Counted from the first letter of the stretch, positions 31,701 through 39,651 are shown. The stretch: DNA of 52,184 nt from a virus (IMGVR_UViG_3300030012_002628:1-52184); one strand, 5' to 3'. The notes: generated from the sequence alone by a model not told the origin. Translations and numbers: made by a program.

Positions 31701-32833
31701 ACATCGCAATTGCCATCGCTCCTTACGTTCGATTCGCAGCAGATATCCCAAGAGTTTTTGTTAACGGAATCTTTAGAGGAGCTAAAGAAGTTGCGAGTGA
31801 TAACCCCGAAATTGCGAAGAGAGGACGTAGGCGGATGAGGGGATTAATCACAACAACAACACTTAACATCGGCCTTACTAAAGGAACCCAGATGCTTCTT
31901 TGGGGAATAGATGACGAAGACGAAGCCAAAGCATTCCGTTCAATGGTTCCTAAATGGATGAAAGATGCGGGTATTCTTGTATGGAGAGATGATGATGGGG
32001 CAACATGGTCAATTGATATGACTTACCTAAATCCGTTTGCCATCATCCAAGATCCTGCTGTTAGAGCTTTTGAAATGTTAATGAGAGGAGAGGGAGCTGG
32101 AAAGGCTTCACTCGAATTCATGAAACTATTCTTAAAGCCTTACTACAGTGAGCAAATTTTAACGGGGGCTATGGTTGATGCCTTCACAAATGAAGACCAA
32201 TATGGTAGACCAATCGTATTGGATGGAGAGGAGGACTGGCTCAGTAGAAAAGCTAGTTACGTCTTTGAGAAAGCATTTTCTCCTAGATCTCTCATGTCTG
32301 CTGATCAGGCGTATGATGCTTTCCTGTCCAAAGAATCAACAGGGAACTTCTTTGATACAGCTTTCGGTCACTTGATGAAATCGATAGTCCCATTTCGAGC
32401 GCACAAACAAGATTTCGTAACTGGATTTAATAGATTCCTGATTGCACATCAGGAGAACTACAGGAACAACAACAATATGTTTAGTAACAAAGTGGGGCAG
32501 CAAGGAATTCTATCAGACAAGGCTTTGTATAAAGCCTATGATAGATACTACAACAGTAGGATGCTCTCAAACAATGAGTTCAAACAAATTGTAAGAGGCT
32601 TTGAAAAGCTAGGGCTTGATCAAGGACAGATCGAACGCCTAGCTAAATCAAAAGGGGTAAGCAAAGAAAGACTACAGCTAAACCGCCAAGGTTATATGAA
32701 CCGCCCTATATTATCTAAGCCTCTTGAGAGAAGGTTGGTGGAAGAAAACCCTAACGGGTTGAGTAGGCTAAGAAAGCTAAGGGCGTATATAGAAAAAAAG
32801 AACACAGAACCATACATCAACATAGATAAATGA
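22772..32833 (+). CDS. Giant internal virion / large polyvalent protein with zincin metallopeptidase domain
   Basis: 3353 aa; Gly/Ala-rich membrane-type helices and GEGIEEG motif in the N-terminal third; TLIHEYLH...NLDEF...DPQFQ. Confidence 0.75.
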   Translation: MSDPSETKPTGSFNPTPYDIWATQNSFENELEGRTKHLDHLRLEYIKAGKYDEEMEGLFQEEFENSLIDNKILDPLNEAEVGEAVLSFSGVLPSNDKDVLFIKDNMAEGSSIMDFEEGEQEKILRYAKALETGQEIPEDINVNEVHEIARQKRQNFITELYENDQLGAGVYYTKEGQRIFLGGKIDENSTEADVLEQGRDFGVVPRDVFTLRKFKEVQADKNGLEFYQVDQRQRAEQKILPFLDPKDDLRDEKIRARFDALATSLGKEKSWGMLRKGFDSTGEVLTWAGSNIREGWNWLTFDEEEKKESEDYQRYEALREEYEDEVEETRQELIAELSERTGIRGEVLEDVVDDMVVEIAANGSETLDPTLIFTDDEDDLKQNVIRRNYKGTFVQPAMALKPEMFRKALKQSGFSEEEIEIEDTKRQAENELLASTRSKILREDENYQDKFEAAELDGRQAGLTQAEILEKFVKEEDPNLGLAGIGQSIGQSFSTLFYGVGALFGSEYGKEGLLQNAKDQAHLNQMREIFGQDAGMGQQILEQVAPLIVDGAITFTAGLLAVPSGGTSVAAAAGYFTAKTSATATARAVLKNTFNTALKQQIKRDASGKLIKETTGQAVKRLQAAGTLKGLSNREMISAVKNYNSKLAKSLGIGTATFVPAAMRSGSMTYGAVYKTITDDFTNKYQVNGEWVEGWSEERVKEEAHKAGFEAMITAGTTTGLITAAMGKIGNGMFGGVENAFLAGVSLKQLKVATDRMVSRVSSDEAFLKAMTDAVASTMKTGLIGTSMRIGKSGIGEGIEEGIDEFANTIIQDAWTDKDTSFLEKATGAWHGAKMGFFLGAGAPAISKGVKNLAPVRGVDAQAMQEAEQTVDTEFRKLLKASGDLERFEELEATAPNTHAEVIRQVRAKYAKEEEAETETAPDPEEAKPTEQEVAEEAEQLKRDLEANQKEDDNQKIINDSKEEGRTKAESSPIVTASEAVNSVTETDTNQASANADVTNSNPSARPPRTPQQKYQDTVNDIEVLERRYNVQMAALEELPPELRDKRRNEIEAAVKAGRMLDPDTAGELIAQANKDREKEIAEEAKPAKVTKKDLDKLEEVIEQGFPVADIKNHLEQLGLNLERTDEKYLRAVEKVIKERIAERYPTLNPKRQQGGVRLPNTLAPSGTVVIDKDGRGVFNNDPAGMLTLLQNNVAIPLTEDQATNPNLNKSFVVEQIGTDYFVSDIMIPVKGGLVSAKTPVTKIAVHETNYTPVKDKIRRVNTLKNTVDLNDVKDIKIVSPFRVASGKKPTKISLGELLVEAKNLPALRKFLAQDSIPTLSKDYLDAAAITMSLDLQEQIYNQAKSLSQTQPTTSLKKEENALAFVREEYGSLYPELIKDKSISEIINIGNEVDAGAVPFENLSKEQRGALEIRNAYLRLTEQSPSFVLNLETSAIKNASFFNKVESERNSKSIRDVATLIDPDSDIHKRPDLMDAEKQKEDHFIPPAVTTIPPIAESKLAAFISSKIDDVATAIRLDSRLRRDVKDLLNNEYHNGKKVATKYSAEQVAVELVHFLASRGGTNKPASVLEQKLSSRNLDVINPEYKLGQDMKDALTLLGVTSPSLQGSLNTDASFYTLIESQLQGLVGPDVMLSYGDVKAFYTQVRKGAAAYKKRAINDGRSRRKIIKDNLEEIDELGLRDDDPQSVIDALEEIAESGVKPLRVLAKALLRNKDFIRSIKFVIDGTPADFSGLYYVDGNGNRTVLINTNRSGARGVADTLIHEYLHAFTNDILNAPPESRTPAQNEAIANLEEILRLAKEKARKSGKANLEYGTSNLDEFLTHILTDPQFQRFLNGIIPAKGKLNLFQKAIDALAKLIPFVKRKELKIALGQALDLTQRADIPQPSTKSGFASQVAGSIHRGQSELHDMSKDMGMAEQSAINEKLEERAKEVIEFAMGYVPSELNIVVDEANPEIASVDSTTGAIVLNPKRAALYLAEQGADGMDAQRRQHALGIIINKAVGRAAADAMITDAQYADITKSMTDSEFEAEIRENYPLDQQEAAFQRLRSSDPEVSATERFDLAKKAIARHTELSTTGSTTAQQIAFLRTNPSLIPLFITYMKAFLSKLTYHRTLKDVSPEMRKAVNNTVREIRALSLNYRPADSIMTHNPRNPYAVVEQLMQQAIDTNMLEPTAKTDSASLRNRLIEQTSPTPVVLGQESEAPTPDTPSQFSQDSKIPSFLNEVEMQEKDINNWLEVLDVPLTEFSEDYEFDKMGKIRRGLYKTFVRKADKRVVNFYDQNKAFVRETKGLVEKLQQKHNRILKRENERLSTVTGQETGNIPAELIARASGTNEGSNLTEPQKDIVDAEYNAAIAEANRKSGAEKDDALALAQIKKDKKILELREKNRKQQFARRDAALDDLLKISPDMYNLVLEMRQLQDQLSKKAMEIFGPTMKEGDLKMAFDFNRGLYLTRSYRMFEDRNFAKQVKESDEYADVRERAAAYFFEQLKKQRVQQLQDTEALTKEQAEAKVRDEMVAKNTKMQSQASAMVDDFIDGYARAEAKKKFEQSQRTFGEQDLVLQDAGFSETDPLKKIVESINDKKNIPEPIRELLGEYGEDTGIYNLSYSLNHTASLLSNQAFFNKLKALGTGVNPETGEVESDNPWMVSSEQYFEDRARPKADRKYSGWVELVDLSSETNPLAGMYVPEQVASNITDLLGGKKKADITDPLNERAELQGKIMRGTKKAVGLSLAYKTLGSPAFYIRNIIGNALFFGPMQGYPAHRVMGDLFKDVKGANVPYLTKNPDSIFYQVGGSELSFKLMELRSRNVYGDELEVSQLQDLLEGKTSYASLQKDLDKVAAASNFIAGLNKKKGPIKVPEEHIETLAKLGVNVTSAGLLPFKAIKEANAILLQTGGKLASAADGFFKVGLYDFEMQTLTKAAKHEIEKGEINGKYAKLLDENGEPTNTMKDMAANIVKDTAQSYSRALPIIKDLTDSNIAIAIAPYVRFAADIPRVFVNGIFRGAKEVASDNPEIAKRGRRRMRGLITTTTLNIGLTKGTQMLLWGIDDEDEAKAFRSMVPKWMKDAGILVWRDDDGATWSIDMTYLNPFAIIQDPAVRAFEMLMRGEGAGKASLEFMKLFLKPYYSEQILTGAMVDAFTNEDQYGRPIVLDGEEDWLSRKASYVFEKAFSPRSLMSADQAYDAFLSKESTGNFFDTAFGHLMKSIVPFRAHKQDFVTGFNRFLIAHQENYRNNNNMFSNKVGQQGILSDKALYKAYDRYYNSRMLSNNEFKQIVRGFEKLGLDQGQIERLAKSKGVSKERLQLNRQGYMNRPILSKPLERRLVEENPNGLSRLRKLRAYIEKKNTEPYINIDK

Positions 32834-33051
32834 AAAAGAAAGACTTCAAACCACACAAAATGTACGACCCGAAAACGGGTAAAGCATACACTGCAAAAAC
32901 ATACGAACAACACCTAGCCATGAAGAAAAAAGGATACGGCCACAGCAAACCTGACAAGAAGAAATCCGCTAAGAAGAAAACAGCTAAGAAGAAAAAGAGC
33001 AGAAACTCTTTTACTGAAGCTGTTGCAAAGCGGATGGGTGGAGGATACTAA
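32830..33051 (+). CDS. Small Lys-rich protein
   Basis: FKPHKMYDPKTG...HLAMKKKGYGH followed by a histone-like Lys-rich tail. Confidence 0.7.
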   Translation: MKKKDFKPHKMYDPKTGKAYTAKTYEQHLAMKKKGYGHSKPDKKKSAKKKTAKKKKSRNSFTEAVAKRMGGGY

Positions 33052-33458
33052 AGTATCTTCTGCTTGATGACTTCGGTCATCTCCTCTTTGAGAGCCTTGT
33101 AGTTCTCATCAGAGCAAGCTCCCTCAATAGGGGGCTTTTCTTGTTGTCTCTCTTGACGGAACATTGCCTTCGCTAAGATGGCATAATTAATGATGTCTTC
33201 ACACGCATCATCCACCGTCTCTCCTGATACTGATAGTTGTCCATCGTTCGTGAAGGTTTTGATACGTTGGATCTTATCCATTACACGCATCATGATTCCA
33301 GTTACAGGATGCACATCCAATATGGTTGAGCAACGGAAGTTAGCAAACACATCGTCCGCCTCCTTTCCCCCTGTATAATCATTGTTCTTTTGCTCCATTA
33401 TCTGACGGCATCTATCCGTAGTTTTTTGATGCAGTTCTAGTAGTTCCGTAAGGGTCAT
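33048..33458 (-). CDS. DUF1599-like (nucleotide-modification-associated domain 1) protein
   Basis: KNNDY...FANF...G..MRVMDKIQRI...ETVDD.CEDIINYAIL. Confidence 0.75.
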   Translation of the reverse strand: MTLTELLELHQKTTDRCRQIMEQKNNDYTGGKEADDVFANFRCSTILDVHPVTGIMMRVMDKIQRIKTFTNDGQLSVSGETVDDACEDIINYAILAKAMFRQERQQEKPPIEGACSDENYKALKEEMTEVIKQKIL

Positions 33459-33533
33459 AGTTCGTATTTTATTAAGGTGATTAGTATTATGAATAAAGAT
33501 ATCAATAGAAACACACTAGCTTGTATCTCTCTG

Positions 33534-33812
33534 TCATTTATTATCTCCGTTAGCATGGGTTTTTCTATAGAGTTTAGTTAAATTAACAGCCACTCTGTTA
33601 CGCATCTTCTGTTCATTTGCAGATTTATTGGAGCTAGTTATTTCTGGCCCCACTAAATCTTCCCCTTTATCATTCTCACACAAAAAGAAAACTTTTACTG
33701 TGTCAGGGGATACATAATCCTTGTTATTAACCTCACCTTGAAAAAGGTATCTAGTTACTGCGTGGGGAATAGGAGATCTACTTGTGTCTACGATCTGTCT
33801 GATTATTTTCAC
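33534..33812 (-). CDS. Hypothetical protein
   Basis: 92 aa ORF, ATGA-coupled. Confidence 0.6.
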   Translation of the reverse strand: MKIIRQIVDTSRSPIPHAVTRYLFQGEVNNKDYVSPDTVKVFFLCENDKGEDLVGPEITSSNKSANEQKMRNRVAVNLTKLYRKTHANGDNK

Positions 33813-34114
33813 TTGTATTCTTTCTGTCTATGATCAAACACGCCACCAGTGATTCTGTGGATAGTATCCAAAACAAGTTCATAGTGCGTATCAACCATGT
33901 GTGTGTCCCCGACAAGGGCCAAGATGCTTTTTATAAATAAATCAAGATGGTTTATTTGATGCGCTCTGACACAACGAATACTTGCGGACGGGGCAAAGGC
34001 TATGATGCTCCACCCCGATGGGTTCATTTGGTTTTCATCTGGTCTGGCTTTTAATGATAGACTGAAATCATTAATATCTAGTACGGCTGCGGTTGTATTT
34101 TCTGGTTCTTTCAT
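33809..34114 (-). CDS. Hypothetical protein
   Basis: 101 aa ORF in the operon. Confidence 0.6.
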   Translation of the reverse strand: MKEPENTTAAVLDINDFSLSLKARPDENQMNPSGWSIIAFAPSASIRCVRAHQINHLDLFIKSILALVGDTHMVDTHYELVLDTIHRITGGVFDHRQKEYK

Positions 34115-34117
34115 ATA

Positions 34118-35500
34118 TTAAAATGTGTTTTTTCCTGTGTAATATGAGGAGGTAAACTCCCCGACTTGTGAGTGATGTATCTTGTTCATGTTGTCCATCT
34201 TGCGACTGATTGCCTTCATGACATATTGTTCAATCGAACCACCTGAAATCATCACCTTTTGTAGTGCGTCTGACTTAGCTCCATTCCTATGAATCCTACC
34301 AAGCACTTGACTGAATTCTTTGGCGTTGAAACTAGGGCTAATCAAAGACAAGCGAGGACGATTTCCAATAGTGTCGTGAAGTGATATACCCGTACCACCA
34401 GTAGCAGCATTGATTACCACACAGTTTGTCTTGTCCTCTTGGAAGTCTTGTATGATTTGATTACGCTTTTCTTGTTTTACTGAACCGTCAATGTATTCAC
34501 AATCAAGTAAGGTCTTTGTTTCCATAAGACTTTCTTGGAAGTTCATAAACACTACGACGTTGTATCCTTCTGCGACTCCGTCTTGAGCCATTGTTACGAT
34601 GTCTCTTACTTTATAGGACTCGCACTCTTGTCTGGCCCGTAAGATCTTTACGAGGATTGTCATCTCGTCCGCTTCATCAAGCCATTCAACGGGTAGCTTC
34701 CCGTCTTCAATGTATTCCTTAACGCTTTCTGCGGTCATCTTGAGGGCCTTGTAACTCTTCACAATCTTGTCATTGTTGTGAAATTTAATGGGGTCAACTA
34801 GCACTCGGTTGGATCTGAAAGAATCAGGGAAGTCTGCAACAGTAAGACCGTGTGTGTTCTTGCCATACATTGTTCTCCTCAATTCAGACAAAGCAAATTT
34901 TGGATCAGACATTTCATAGCCCCCAAAATAACCCGCCTTAACTTTCAGATAACGCATCCATTGAAACCAGTTGAGCTTGTTCCCTCTAGCCTTGTCATTG
35001 CTATGAAGACCAAGCATATATCCAAGGGGTCTCATCTCCATCGGAGATTCACAAGGGGTTCCACTCATGCCATGAATACGATAACCATATCTAGTTAGTC
35101 CTACTAATAGGTTGGCATTCATTGTCCAAGGCCCCTTTGCTTTATGTATCTCATCAAATAAAACAAAAGTTCCTTTCGGGAGCTTCCACTTGAATGTCTT
35201 CTTTCCCACCTTACTAACCCACTCGGACTTGCCAGTGCGTAGCTTTTCAAGGTTCGATATAAACAATGGGTCAATGCCTGTTTCTTTTAGCTCGTTCTCC
35301 CATGAGGGGAACACAGCTTTAGGACAAACAACAGCAACACCAGTAATATTGCCCTGCTCTAAAAGAGTCTTGGCAACTTGTGCTCCTACCACTGTCTTGC
35401 CAGTCCCCATGTGAGAGCTGTCCAAGGTGTTCTGCCCTTCAGACAAACAGCTTACAAAGAAATCGTGTGCTGCTTTTTGCTTCGGGTATAATGTCTTCAC
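34118..35500 (-). CDS. Superfamily 2 helicase (SNF2/DExH-like)
   Basis: MGTGKT, VVCP, FDEIH, SGTP, GGTGISL and QVLGRIHR. Confidence 0.9.
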   Translation of the reverse strand: MKTLYPKQKAAHDFFVSCLSEGQNTLDSSHMGTGKTVVGAQVAKTLLEQGNITGVAVVCPKAVFPSWENELKETGIDPLFISNLEKLRTGKSEWVSKVGKKTFKWKLPKGTFVLFDEIHKAKGPWTMNANLLVGLTRYGYRIHGMSGTPCESPMEMRPLGYMLGLHSNDKARGNKLNWFQWMRYLKVKAGYFGGYEMSDPKFALSELRRTMYGKNTHGLTVADFPDSFRSNRVLVDPIKFHNNDKIVKSYKALKMTAESVKEYIEDGKLPVEWLDEADEMTILVKILRARQECESYKVRDIVTMAQDGVAEGYNVVVFMNFQESLMETKTLLDCEYIDGSVKQEKRNQIIQDFQEDKTNCVVINAATGGTGISLHDTIGNRPRLSLISPSFNAKEFSQVLGRIHRNGAKSDALQKVMISGGSIEQYVMKAISRKMDNMNKIHHSQVGEFTSSYYTGKNTF

Positions 35501-35772
35501 GTTCCTAACTCAGATGCTGCTGCCCAAGTCTCAATGACTGTAAGACATTCCTTCAGTGTTTTATTATCATCGAGATAAACCCACTCACCTTCTGATTGCT
35601 CATAGATACACCATCTCCCGTGGAGGATAGTTCGTGGATTAGGACAAGCTAACTTTGATTGATCGATCAGTCCGTTTGGTTTTTCCGCCCGCCTCTGATC
35701 TTCGATTCTGTAGTTGTTGTTCTGGTCATCTATAACTTCATAGAAACCCTTCTCTATTTTTCTAACTAACAT
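35497..35772 (-). CDS. Hypothetical early protein
   Basis: 91 aa ORF, coupled to the helicase. Confidence 0.6.
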   Translation of the reverse strand: MLVRKIEKGFYEVIDDQNNNYRIEDQRRAEKPNGLIDQSKLACPNPRTILHGRWCIYEQSEGEWVYLDDNKTLKECLTVIETWAAASELGT

Positions 35773-35774
35773 GA

Positions 35775-36164
35775 TTAAAGATTCAGGGTTCGGGATTCAA
35801 GTTCATCTTCGATTGCCGTGAGGTCATCGATTGCTTTGAGCACCTCGACCTTCAGCTTGTAATCCATATCGGAAACAGCGAGCTTTGCTTTGATCTCACT
35901 TGCAGTCCAAGCGGGGTCAGTTGCCATTACTCTGGCATGAGTTGTCCTCTTTACCCCTTTTGGAGCAACGGTTACTGTGTCTGGTTTGAACTCTGGTTCT
36001 GGTGAAGAATCAAGTTCCTTTACTAGGCTTGCCATACTCTGACGGTAAGTAGCCTTGTGTCTCTTTTTACGAAGTGTAAATTCAAGAGACGGATCAAGAG
36101 AAGCAATGAAGTCTTCTCCGTTTATTGTCACCTCACGGTGAACTGGTTTTTCTAGTCTGGTCAT
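35775..36164 (-). CDS. Hypothetical early protein
   Basis: 129 aa ORF with its own promoter. Confidence 0.65.
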   Translation of the reverse strand: MTRLEKPVHREVTINGEDFIASLDPSLEFTLRKKRHKATYRQSMASLVKELDSSPEPEFKPDTVTVAPKGVKRTTHARVMATDPAWTASEIKAKLAVSDMDYKLKVEVLKAIDDLTAIEDELESRTLNL

Positions 36165-36196
36165 ATTCAGTTTTGTTATTCAGTTGTTGAAGCCCT

Positions 36197-36224
36197 AATA
36201 TACAGGCTATGTTTTATTTGTCAA
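36197..36224 (-). promoter_or_regulatory. sigma70-like promoter
   Basis: TTGACA-N16-TATATT in the intergenic gap. Confidence 0.65.
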
Positions 36225-36232
36225 TTATTTTG

Positions 36233-36589
36233 TCAGTAGCCTCTCGGTAAATAGTCGTAAGGGTTCTGTTGCATTTCATCAAGGTCGGTCAGATACGGCT
36301 GCCCGTTCTTTCCTTTATCGTAGAAACAACGCTCACAAAATATAGCGTCCTCCCATTCGTGAATGTATCCTTCATCGAACCAAGAAGAAGCATCAGGGGA
36401 GAGAACATTCTCTTTGCCACAGCGGTGACACTCTTCTATCTCCCAATCGAGGTAATCTTCCTCTTCATCTTCTTGTTCTTCAAGTAACAGGTCGAATGGA
36501 TTGTCGTGTGGCTTACAAGATACTGCAAAGAATCTAAGCACCAAGATGATAGCGATGATCCAAGAGAGTATTACTACTGTCAGTATCAT
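36233..36589 (-). CDS. Membrane-anchored zinc-finger protein
   Basis: N-terminal transmembrane helix, acidic linker, CxxC...CxxC. Confidence 0.65.
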   Translation of the reverse strand: MILTVVILSWIIAIILVLRFFAVSCKPHDNPFDLLLEEQEDEEEDYLDWEIEECHRCGKENVLSPDASSWFDEGYIHEWEDAIFCERCFYDKGKNGQPYLTDLDEMQQNPYDYLPRGY

Positions 36590-36747
36590 TTCTCGTAAGC
36601 CGATTCTAACTGCTCCTCTATCTGTCCTTTCATGAACATGAGTTGAGATCTCATCTCTTGAGATAAGTCTTTATCATTCTCCTCATTGATCATTTCCATG
36701 ATGTTATTGATGTGTTCGTCCAGTATTTCTAGTATGTCTTCTTTCAT
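36586..36747 (-). CDS. Small hypothetical protein, 53 aa (not in the ORF track)
   Basis: MKEDILEILDEHINN...AYEK; ATGA overlaps at both ends. Confidence 0.6.
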   Translation of the reverse strand: MKEDILEILDEHINNIMEMINEENDKDLSQEMRSQLMFMKGQIEEQLESAYEK

Positions 36748-36890
36748 GAGTATTGCTTTTGGTATTCTAAGTCTTCGTCCATAGCTTGTTGAGCTTCTAA
36801 TGCCCTCTCATCAAGCCACTTGTTGTATGCTTCTAGCTCCCGCTCCAGATCAGCGTCCGTCCAGTTTGCGTAAGCTCGTTTGCCATCCAT
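36744..36890 (-). CDS. Small acidic hypothetical protein, 48 aa (not in the ORF track)
   Basis: MDGKRAYANWTDADLERELEAY...KQYS; ATGA-coupled to the next gene. Confidence 0.6.
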   Translation of the reverse strand: MDGKRAYANWTDADLERELEAYNKWLDERALEAQQAMDEDLEYQKQYS

Positions 36891-36907
36891 GATTAAGGAT
36901 TCAATGT

Positions 36908-37345
36908 TCATTGTGCGCCCTCCAAGATATTATTTTCCAAATGCATTTCAAAAAATAACGAAGGTGTTGAAACTTTATGCACGGGGTAGTGAGAGGAGAG
37001 AGGACGGGGTTGTCCCCATCTTCCATACTTTTCATCTCCCATGCAGATCGTCGAGTGAGATTCGGTTGTCCATCCAATGGTTGATACCCCCTCCCTTGCT
37101 AGGTCAGGCATTTGATCTCGAAACTCGTCAACAGTAGATCGATCACCCATGTCTAACCACGCTACGATTCTCTCCTCATCTCCCTCCTTGTTAGCAAAGG
37201 GAAGTACAATCTTATCCATCCATTCGATGACATCCTTGATGCGGGGGCTGTCACTCTCAACAATATAGATCTGATCGACGTAGCGTTCAGGATCATTAAT
37301 GTATTGGTTCTTACCTCTGGTGAAAATCTTGTGATAATATTTCAT
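36908..37345 (-). CDS. Hypothetical early protein
   Basis: Start moved to the ATGA-coupled ATG at 37345 (MKYYHKIF). Confidence 0.55.
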   Translation of the reverse strand: MKYYHKIFTRGKNQYINDPERYVDQIYIVESDSPRIKDVIEWMDKIVLPFANKEGDEERIVAWLDMGDRSTVDEFRDQMPDLAREGVSTIGWTTESHSTICMGDEKYGRWGQPRPLSSHYPVHKVSTPSLFFEMHLENNILEGAQ

Positions 37346-37641
37346 CGGATAGATCCTTTCCTCATTGTAATGAGTAATGCCTTGGCATCTCTTCGTGAGA
37401 CATCGATACATTTAAAATCTGTGTCTGATACTAACACTGTTGCAAATGCTGTTCGTTCTTTATCTTTGGGTATGATCAAACCCAACTGCTCATTATCGTA
37501 ATGGTTAGCGTGATCGTATCTTGTTATTCGGATATTCATTTTATTGAAGGTGACTCTGCCCCAAAGATGTTCTAACCCCACAGAAAGAACATCCCCCTCC
37601 ATTGAGGGCAGAGTCGAATTGTTATAGTTTGATGTCGGCAA
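37342..37641 (-). CDS. Hypothetical early protein (start uncertain)
   Basis: ORF in the co-oriented early array. Confidence 0.45.
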   Translation of the reverse strand: MPTSNYNNSTLPSMEGDVLSVGLEHLWGRVTFNKMNIRITRYDHANHYDNEQLGLIIPKDKERTAFATVLVSDTDFKCIDVSRRDAKALLITMRKGSIR

Positions 37642-37927
37642 GGGGTTTTCCTAGTGCAGTTTGGTGAACTTTTTTGGGGCGGTTCAGCCAATCAACGAAG
37701 CATCCTAGTGGAGCAATAACCATAGCGGGGAGATAAGTAATCGCCATGAAATGCAACAGGTTGAACGAGTGAAAGTGAACGATACCATTGTCTTGTATAA
37801 CATGGTATCCGCTTACATTACTAAGGGCCTGTTCAAGGTCTGAAAAGTACCACATCAGACCGAAGAAAATGAGGATGGCCGTGTGTGTTACAAGAACGAT
37901 TGTGATGAAGTGAGAAAGGTATCTCAT
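37622..37927 (-). CDS. Two-TM membrane protein
   Basis: Two hydrophobic segments in 101 aa. Confidence 0.6.
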   Translation of the reverse strand: MRYLSHFITIVLVTHTAILIFFGLMWYFSDLEQALSNVSGYHVIQDNGIVHFHSFNLLHFMAITYLPAMVIAPLGCFVDWLNRPKKVHQTALGKPLADIKL

Positions 37928-38127
37928 GATGATACCTCCTCGACTACTTTTTTACCTGCCTTCTCAAGTTCATCAAGGTGAACTCCCATCTTTATAAACT
38001 CCTCTTTTGCGAAGTTTACATTGTCAACTTTATCGCTCTGCATAAGAACGATTAACATTTTAGCCATGCCTTCCCATGTAGGTTTTACTGACACGACTTC
38101 TCTATTCACGTTATTCATAATATTCAT
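37924..38127 (-). CDS. Hypothetical early protein
   Basis: 67 aa ORF with a PTWEG motif. Confidence 0.6.
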   Translation of the reverse strand: MNIMNNVNREVVSVKPTWEGMAKMLIVLMQSDKVDNVNFAKEEFIKMGVHLDELEKAGKKVVEEVSS

Positions 38128-38169
38128 GGTGTTTATTTACTTCAATTATTTTGTCCAGTCAAGGACTAT

Positions 38170-38397
38170 TCATTTCTGTTTGGTTGTATTAATATTAAAT
38201 GGCATTCCGATTTGGTTACCGTGTGCCATTCCAAGAAGATAAAGGTTATCTAGCTCCTTGTGTAATTGTTCCTTGTTCCATTTTCTTTTAGCCACATTAG
38301 TTATGATATGCTCCTGCAGATCTGATAGCTCTGTGGCCTGTTTGAAGGTTACTTCTTTAGCTTCTTCAGCGTTCATTGTTCGGGGTTCGGGGTTCAT
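38170..38397 (-). CDS. Hypothetical early protein
   Basis: 75 aa ORF; N-terminus is encoded by heptamer repeats. Confidence 0.55.
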   Translation of the reverse strand: MNPEPRTMNAEEAKEVTFKQATELSDLQEHIITNVAKRKWNKEQLHKELDNLYLLGMAHGNQIGMPFNINTTKQK

Positions 38398-38615
38398 TCT
38401 TCTTGTTGCTTGTTTGTTACTACAAAGTGAATGTCTATTGTAAGATCCTCTTTACATTCAGGACAATAACCGTGTCGGCCTTCGTCAATAAAATGGTCGT
38501 TATTTTCTGTGGCATCTTGAAAAAGATCTTCGTCCATGCCATCAAGTAAATAATGTCTCGGCTTGTCACAAGAGCATCCTTCTCTAATCGTCTCAACAAC
38601 AAATCCTGTTCGCAT
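38394..38615 (-). CDS. Small Cys-containing (zinc-ribbon-like) protein
   Basis: CSC...CPEC. Confidence 0.55.
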   Translation of the reverse strand: MRTGFVVETIREGCSCDKPRHYLLDGMDEDLFQDATENNDHFIDEGRHGYCPECKEDLTIDIHFVVTNKQQEE

Positions 38616-38616
38616 T

Positions 38617-38916
38617 CTAAGCCTCCATTAACTTGGTTGAGTTAATAAAGGTATCCCCGTGATGGTCTACGTAGATCTTGTTTGACTCTTTTAAATACTT
38701 CTCAAGCCAATATTGACGGGCATCGTATGCCTTTTCGTTCAATTCGTCCTCGTCCATTCCTTCTTTGTTGAAGATGTCGAGCGGGGAATGTTCCCAATCG
38801 TTTGCTTTGTCCCATTCTTTTTCAATGAAACTCATGTTCTCATCGATCAGTTCATGAAGCCCACCGTCTAAATAATGGTATTCGTTGCCGTCTATATTTA
38901 TAATTTCTTCTTTCAT
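38617..38916 (-). CDS. Acidic hypothetical early protein
   Basis: 99 aa, D/E-rich. Confidence 0.6.
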   Translation of the reverse strand: MKEEIINIDGNEYHYLDGGLHELIDENMSFIEKEWDKANDWEHSPLDIFNKEGMDEDELNEKAYDARQYWLEKYLKESNKIYVDHHGDTFINSTKLMEA

Positions 38917-38941
38917 GTATTCAGTTATTTAAGTTCAAATT

Positions 38942-39178
38942 TTATTGATCGTTTAATTTTTTTACACGAGTTACTAGTTCTTCTACTACTGCATTCCTCT
39001 CGTCTAATCGATCGATAGATTCCACGGCCCCCAGTGCATTGTCTGCCCATCCTCTAAGGTTTTCGGCATCAGGCCCAAGCCTCCCGAAAGAGGCTAATTC
39101 TTCTAAGCTGTAACTTGTCCATGATCTGAATTGCATTACTTTGTCGGCCTGATCTTGGATTGATTTATCTGCTGTCAT
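38942..39178 (-). CDS. Hypothetical early protein
   Basis: 78 aa ORF. Confidence 0.55.
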   Translation of the reverse strand: MTADKSIQDQADKVMQFRSWTSYSLEELASFGRLGPDAENLRGWADNALGAVESIDRLDERNAVVEELVTRVKKLNDQ

Positions 39179-39211
39179 TTTTTCGTTTAGTTTAAGGTTC
39201 GTTTATAATGT

Positions 39212-39598
39212 TTAGTTATAGATTAATTTGCTGATTTGATTCGCCATGAATACCCAATAATTAGATATTACTTTTTCCTCTTCTTTGTCTGTCATAACAG
39301 GCGATGCACTGCCCATTGAAACAGATAGCTCCAAAATTTCTTCATGGTAAAAAGGCAGATCGAGGGCTAAACCTTGGAGCCAGTCGGCTATGCTGTCGAT
39401 TCTTGTTGATGCCCTTGAACCTTCCCGCTCAAATCGGGTTTTGATGTAATCGATTCGGCCTTGTTCGGAATCAGGAAAACCCCGCTCTTCAAGCTCGTCC
39501 GCTTCTATTGATTCAAGAATGAACTGCCTGTAATTAGCTTGGTATTTTTGCCAATTTAATTTCTTTCCGTTCGGTGGATTTGGTATTGATGTATTCAT
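39212..39598 (-). CDS. Hypothetical early protein
   Basis: 128 aa; IADWLQGL.LD.PFY..EIL...NYW.FMA pattern recalled from other phage early proteins. Confidence 0.65.
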   Translation of the reverse strand: MNTSIPNPPNGKKLNWQKYQANYRQFILESIEADELEERGFPDSEQGRIDYIKTRFEREGSRASTRIDSIADWLQGLALDLPFYHEEILELSVSMGSASPVMTDKEEEKVISNYWVFMANQISKLIYN

Positions 39599-39631
39599 TT
39601 AATTTAGTTTTGTGTTGATGGTTTATATTAA

Positions 39632-39646
39632 GGGGGCAAAGCCCCC
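39632..39646. terminator. GC hairpin between early genes (terminator or processing site)
   Basis: GGGGGC-AAA-GCCCCC with only a weak U tail. Confidence 0.4.
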
Positions 39647-39651
39647 GCTAG

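Noticed and set aside
22772-32833. Virion RNA polymerase (N4- or crAss-like), suggested by size
   Set aside because: No DxDGD/DFDID or T7-type polymerase motif seen; only zincin and membrane-helix features
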